Positions 61,800 through 64,000 of a DNA stretch of 64,000 nt are shown one piece after another (within the stretch, counting starts at the first letter, position 1; each line of letters opens with the position of its first letter). The notes beneath the pieces were generated by a model. That model was not told where the DNA came from, made no database searches, and saw only the letters and a program-made list of their open reading frames with translations. The stretch is taken from NCBI GenBank assembly GCA_002269645.1, contig NIVC01002998.1, positions 62,775-126,774 on the forward strand, given 5' to 3'. This DNA is from Macrostomum lignano (taxonomy: Eukaryota). The position numbers were made by a program, and so were the translations under genes.

Positions 61800-64000
61800 T
61801 TAAGATGATTCGACTTTTTCTAGGCCATCTGGGGCAGCTTCTGGTTCATTATCAAAGTCTCGCTTTCGATGGAAATTGGCCTTTCTATTCTTCTTTCGCT
61901 TGCTGAGAATCTCTTCCATTGACTCGATTTTGGTCTCCAGCCGTTGCAGATATTCAACCAGGTTTTGGCTCGCGGTGGCAGAAACATTTACTGCGTGCGA
62001 CTTCAGTATCTCAGTATCGCTCTTGTTTCGCGTTATTTCGTTTAATAATTTCGGTCGAATTTCACGAAAAATAGCCGCTTGAAATTTTAAGAACTCCAGA
62101 TAATCTTCCGGGTATTCGATTCATGACTCCAGTAGCCCCTCTGCAACGAAGATTTGTTAATATAAACTAATGAGACAAGCAAGACAATAAAATATTCAGT
62201 TTTACAAGTTTCGTGCTTATTCAATACAGTAGAGGAAAAAATCTAGTTTATTCCATTATAATCCGTCCTGTACAACTGGGTCGTGACTGCCCTCTCAGCA
62301 CAATGATCTACAGGATCTCCCAGAATTATGTGACAACCTTAGAAAAAGATCCTGACCGCACCTACTGGCTACATCTAGAACAAAATTCAAAATATTCCGT
62401 GGGAGCCTTACCGGTTTTGTCCAACTTTTGATCTTCGAATATGCTGCTTCTTGCATCGGATTATTATTCTGATCGGATATTCCAGAAAAGAAAATGGAGG
62501 CGGCAAAAAACTGATGTTCTTGTACTCCTGCAGCATTTCATAGTACGTCCTCCTCCAGATTCCCAAAGCCCTGCTGTGCATGCTGATCACAGTGAGGTTG
62601 AACCGAGCTATCAACAGATTGAGCATGACAATATTAGACAGAGTCAAGAACACGAACATGAACAGGTTGTTAAACCAGCCGAAGCCGTCTGGATGGGCAA
62701 CTCGGCCCACATCCTGGCTTTCAGTACTACTGGTTGTTTCAAATCCGATCTTGTCAAAGTTTGTGAACAGCAGGTGAAACGGCAGTGTCAATATCTGCAC
62801 GGTAGCATTCAACCTGTATTCTGTCGTGTTTGTTTTCGATGACAAAGCTGCGACGACTGGGAACAATAAATTGAAGAAAAACACCCCAAACAAGTAGAAA
62901 ATCACCAGCAGAATCAGTAGGAAAGGAACCAAATCCTTGACGAGCAGGCTCTTAAGCATCGAGATGACCGGTCCAGTTCTTTGAAAACGATTGAGGAATG
63001 ACACTGAACGAAATCCCCACAGCAGAAACGAGGTGGTCAGAATCATCTGGCAGACGTATTGTGTTTGTGGAGAAACAAACCATTGCGTTTCCAGCAGCTG
63101 TGCATTGTTGCGATTAAAAAAGCAAAAATCATTTTTAGTCACGGTTTGCAGGAAAGCATCCCCACGTAAGCCACAGTTTCAGTGATAAACCGGCCCACAT
63201 GAAAAGAAGGGCCAACATGTCGAAATAATTCAGGATTTCCTTCAGGTACTTGTTGCAGTGACAGAATCCGCAAAGCGAGACAGCATTCACTCGCTTATTT
63301 CGCCTGAGAAATTCATTAACTTCCTGCATTGTCAGCGAAGCAGCGTATGCAAGCATCACAACATCCGGCGACCAATACTGGAACGTTGTTCGAAAATCCA
63401 CGATGTACCAAGCAAAGTAAAGCATGAACACAATGAACCCCACTAAATGACACAAAAAGCGTTGATTCGGCGTGTAGAGCTTTCCTTTGCCTAATGTGCT
63501 ACAACTTTCGGTTGTCACTTTGTTGCTTTTTTTCAACCGATTGTGCCATTCCTCATGAACCAGATTGTGCACGCAATCTGTTGCAAACAGATCATCGACA
63601 GAGGCCTCCTCGACCATTTCCATCACGGTGCGAAACTGAACTTCTTCATCACTACTGTACCGTTTGACACAACAGCAGCTTTCCAATTTTTGCACACTGG
63701 CCGTAGACCGCCGACAAGGAAATCTCGGTCCCTGTTCTTCAGGCGGCGTGCCTTCGTCGCAAAGTGTACCGCGCATGTAATTCATTAAAATTTCCTTTTC
63801 TGTCCTGTTTGCGCCATTGAAGAGTCCATCAAGTGCGTTTACAGCAATGCAATCACCTTATTGTACAGCTGTTGCAGGTCCTCGTTTTGGGAAGCTCCTC
63901 TAGCACCATAAACGTGTGGCTTCAGAGTGATCAGTGCGCTCGTGCATGCAGGAATTAGTTCAAACTGCCTAGTAGCCAATAAATCAGGCAGAACTTCTCG
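61800..64000 (-). pseudogene. Second TRP-channel paralogue (3' part; 5' end outside window) carrying several small frameshifts; pseudogene or assembly indels
   Basis: Collinear with the 30442 gene (TRQFELIPA, LFATDCVHNLVHEEW, MLNLLIARFN, LGIWRRTYYEMLQEY, YPEDYLEFLKFQA). Last exon about 62140-61800. Frame breaks near 63850, 63143, 62412/62140 and 62115. Confidence 0.8.

Overview
Eukaryotic, intron-containing animal DNA rich in simple repeats. GC-rich exons among (GACA)n/(GATA)n arrays and a divergent dynein light chain suggest a free-living flatworm such as Macrostomum (inference only). Host-type genes: the 3' part of an SLC24/NCKX exchanger; several orphan coiled-coil genes; a secreted WSC+PAN protein; an ApoL/ClyA-like helical protein; an ankyrin-repeat TRP channel with a TRPM-like C-terminus; a second, frameshifted TRP paralogue at the right edge; and a dynein light chain. 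The most unusual part is about 40.7-58.6 kb. It is a tandem array of three intronless, WW-less PCIF1/CAPAM-like methyltransferase genes whose catalytic NPPF motif reads GPPF. They are interleaved with a spliced DUF4806/BEN-like gene and a THAP relic. The array contains an old diverged repeat, a local inversion, and an apparently identical 6,803-bp duplication whose junction lies inside the middle, chimeric methyltransferase gene. Mobile DNA includes tRNA-derived SINEs, Tc1/mariner- and hAT-type MITEs, piggyBac and LINE relics, and a Penelope-type hammerhead relic. All calls come from reading the sequence by eye; no searches were run.
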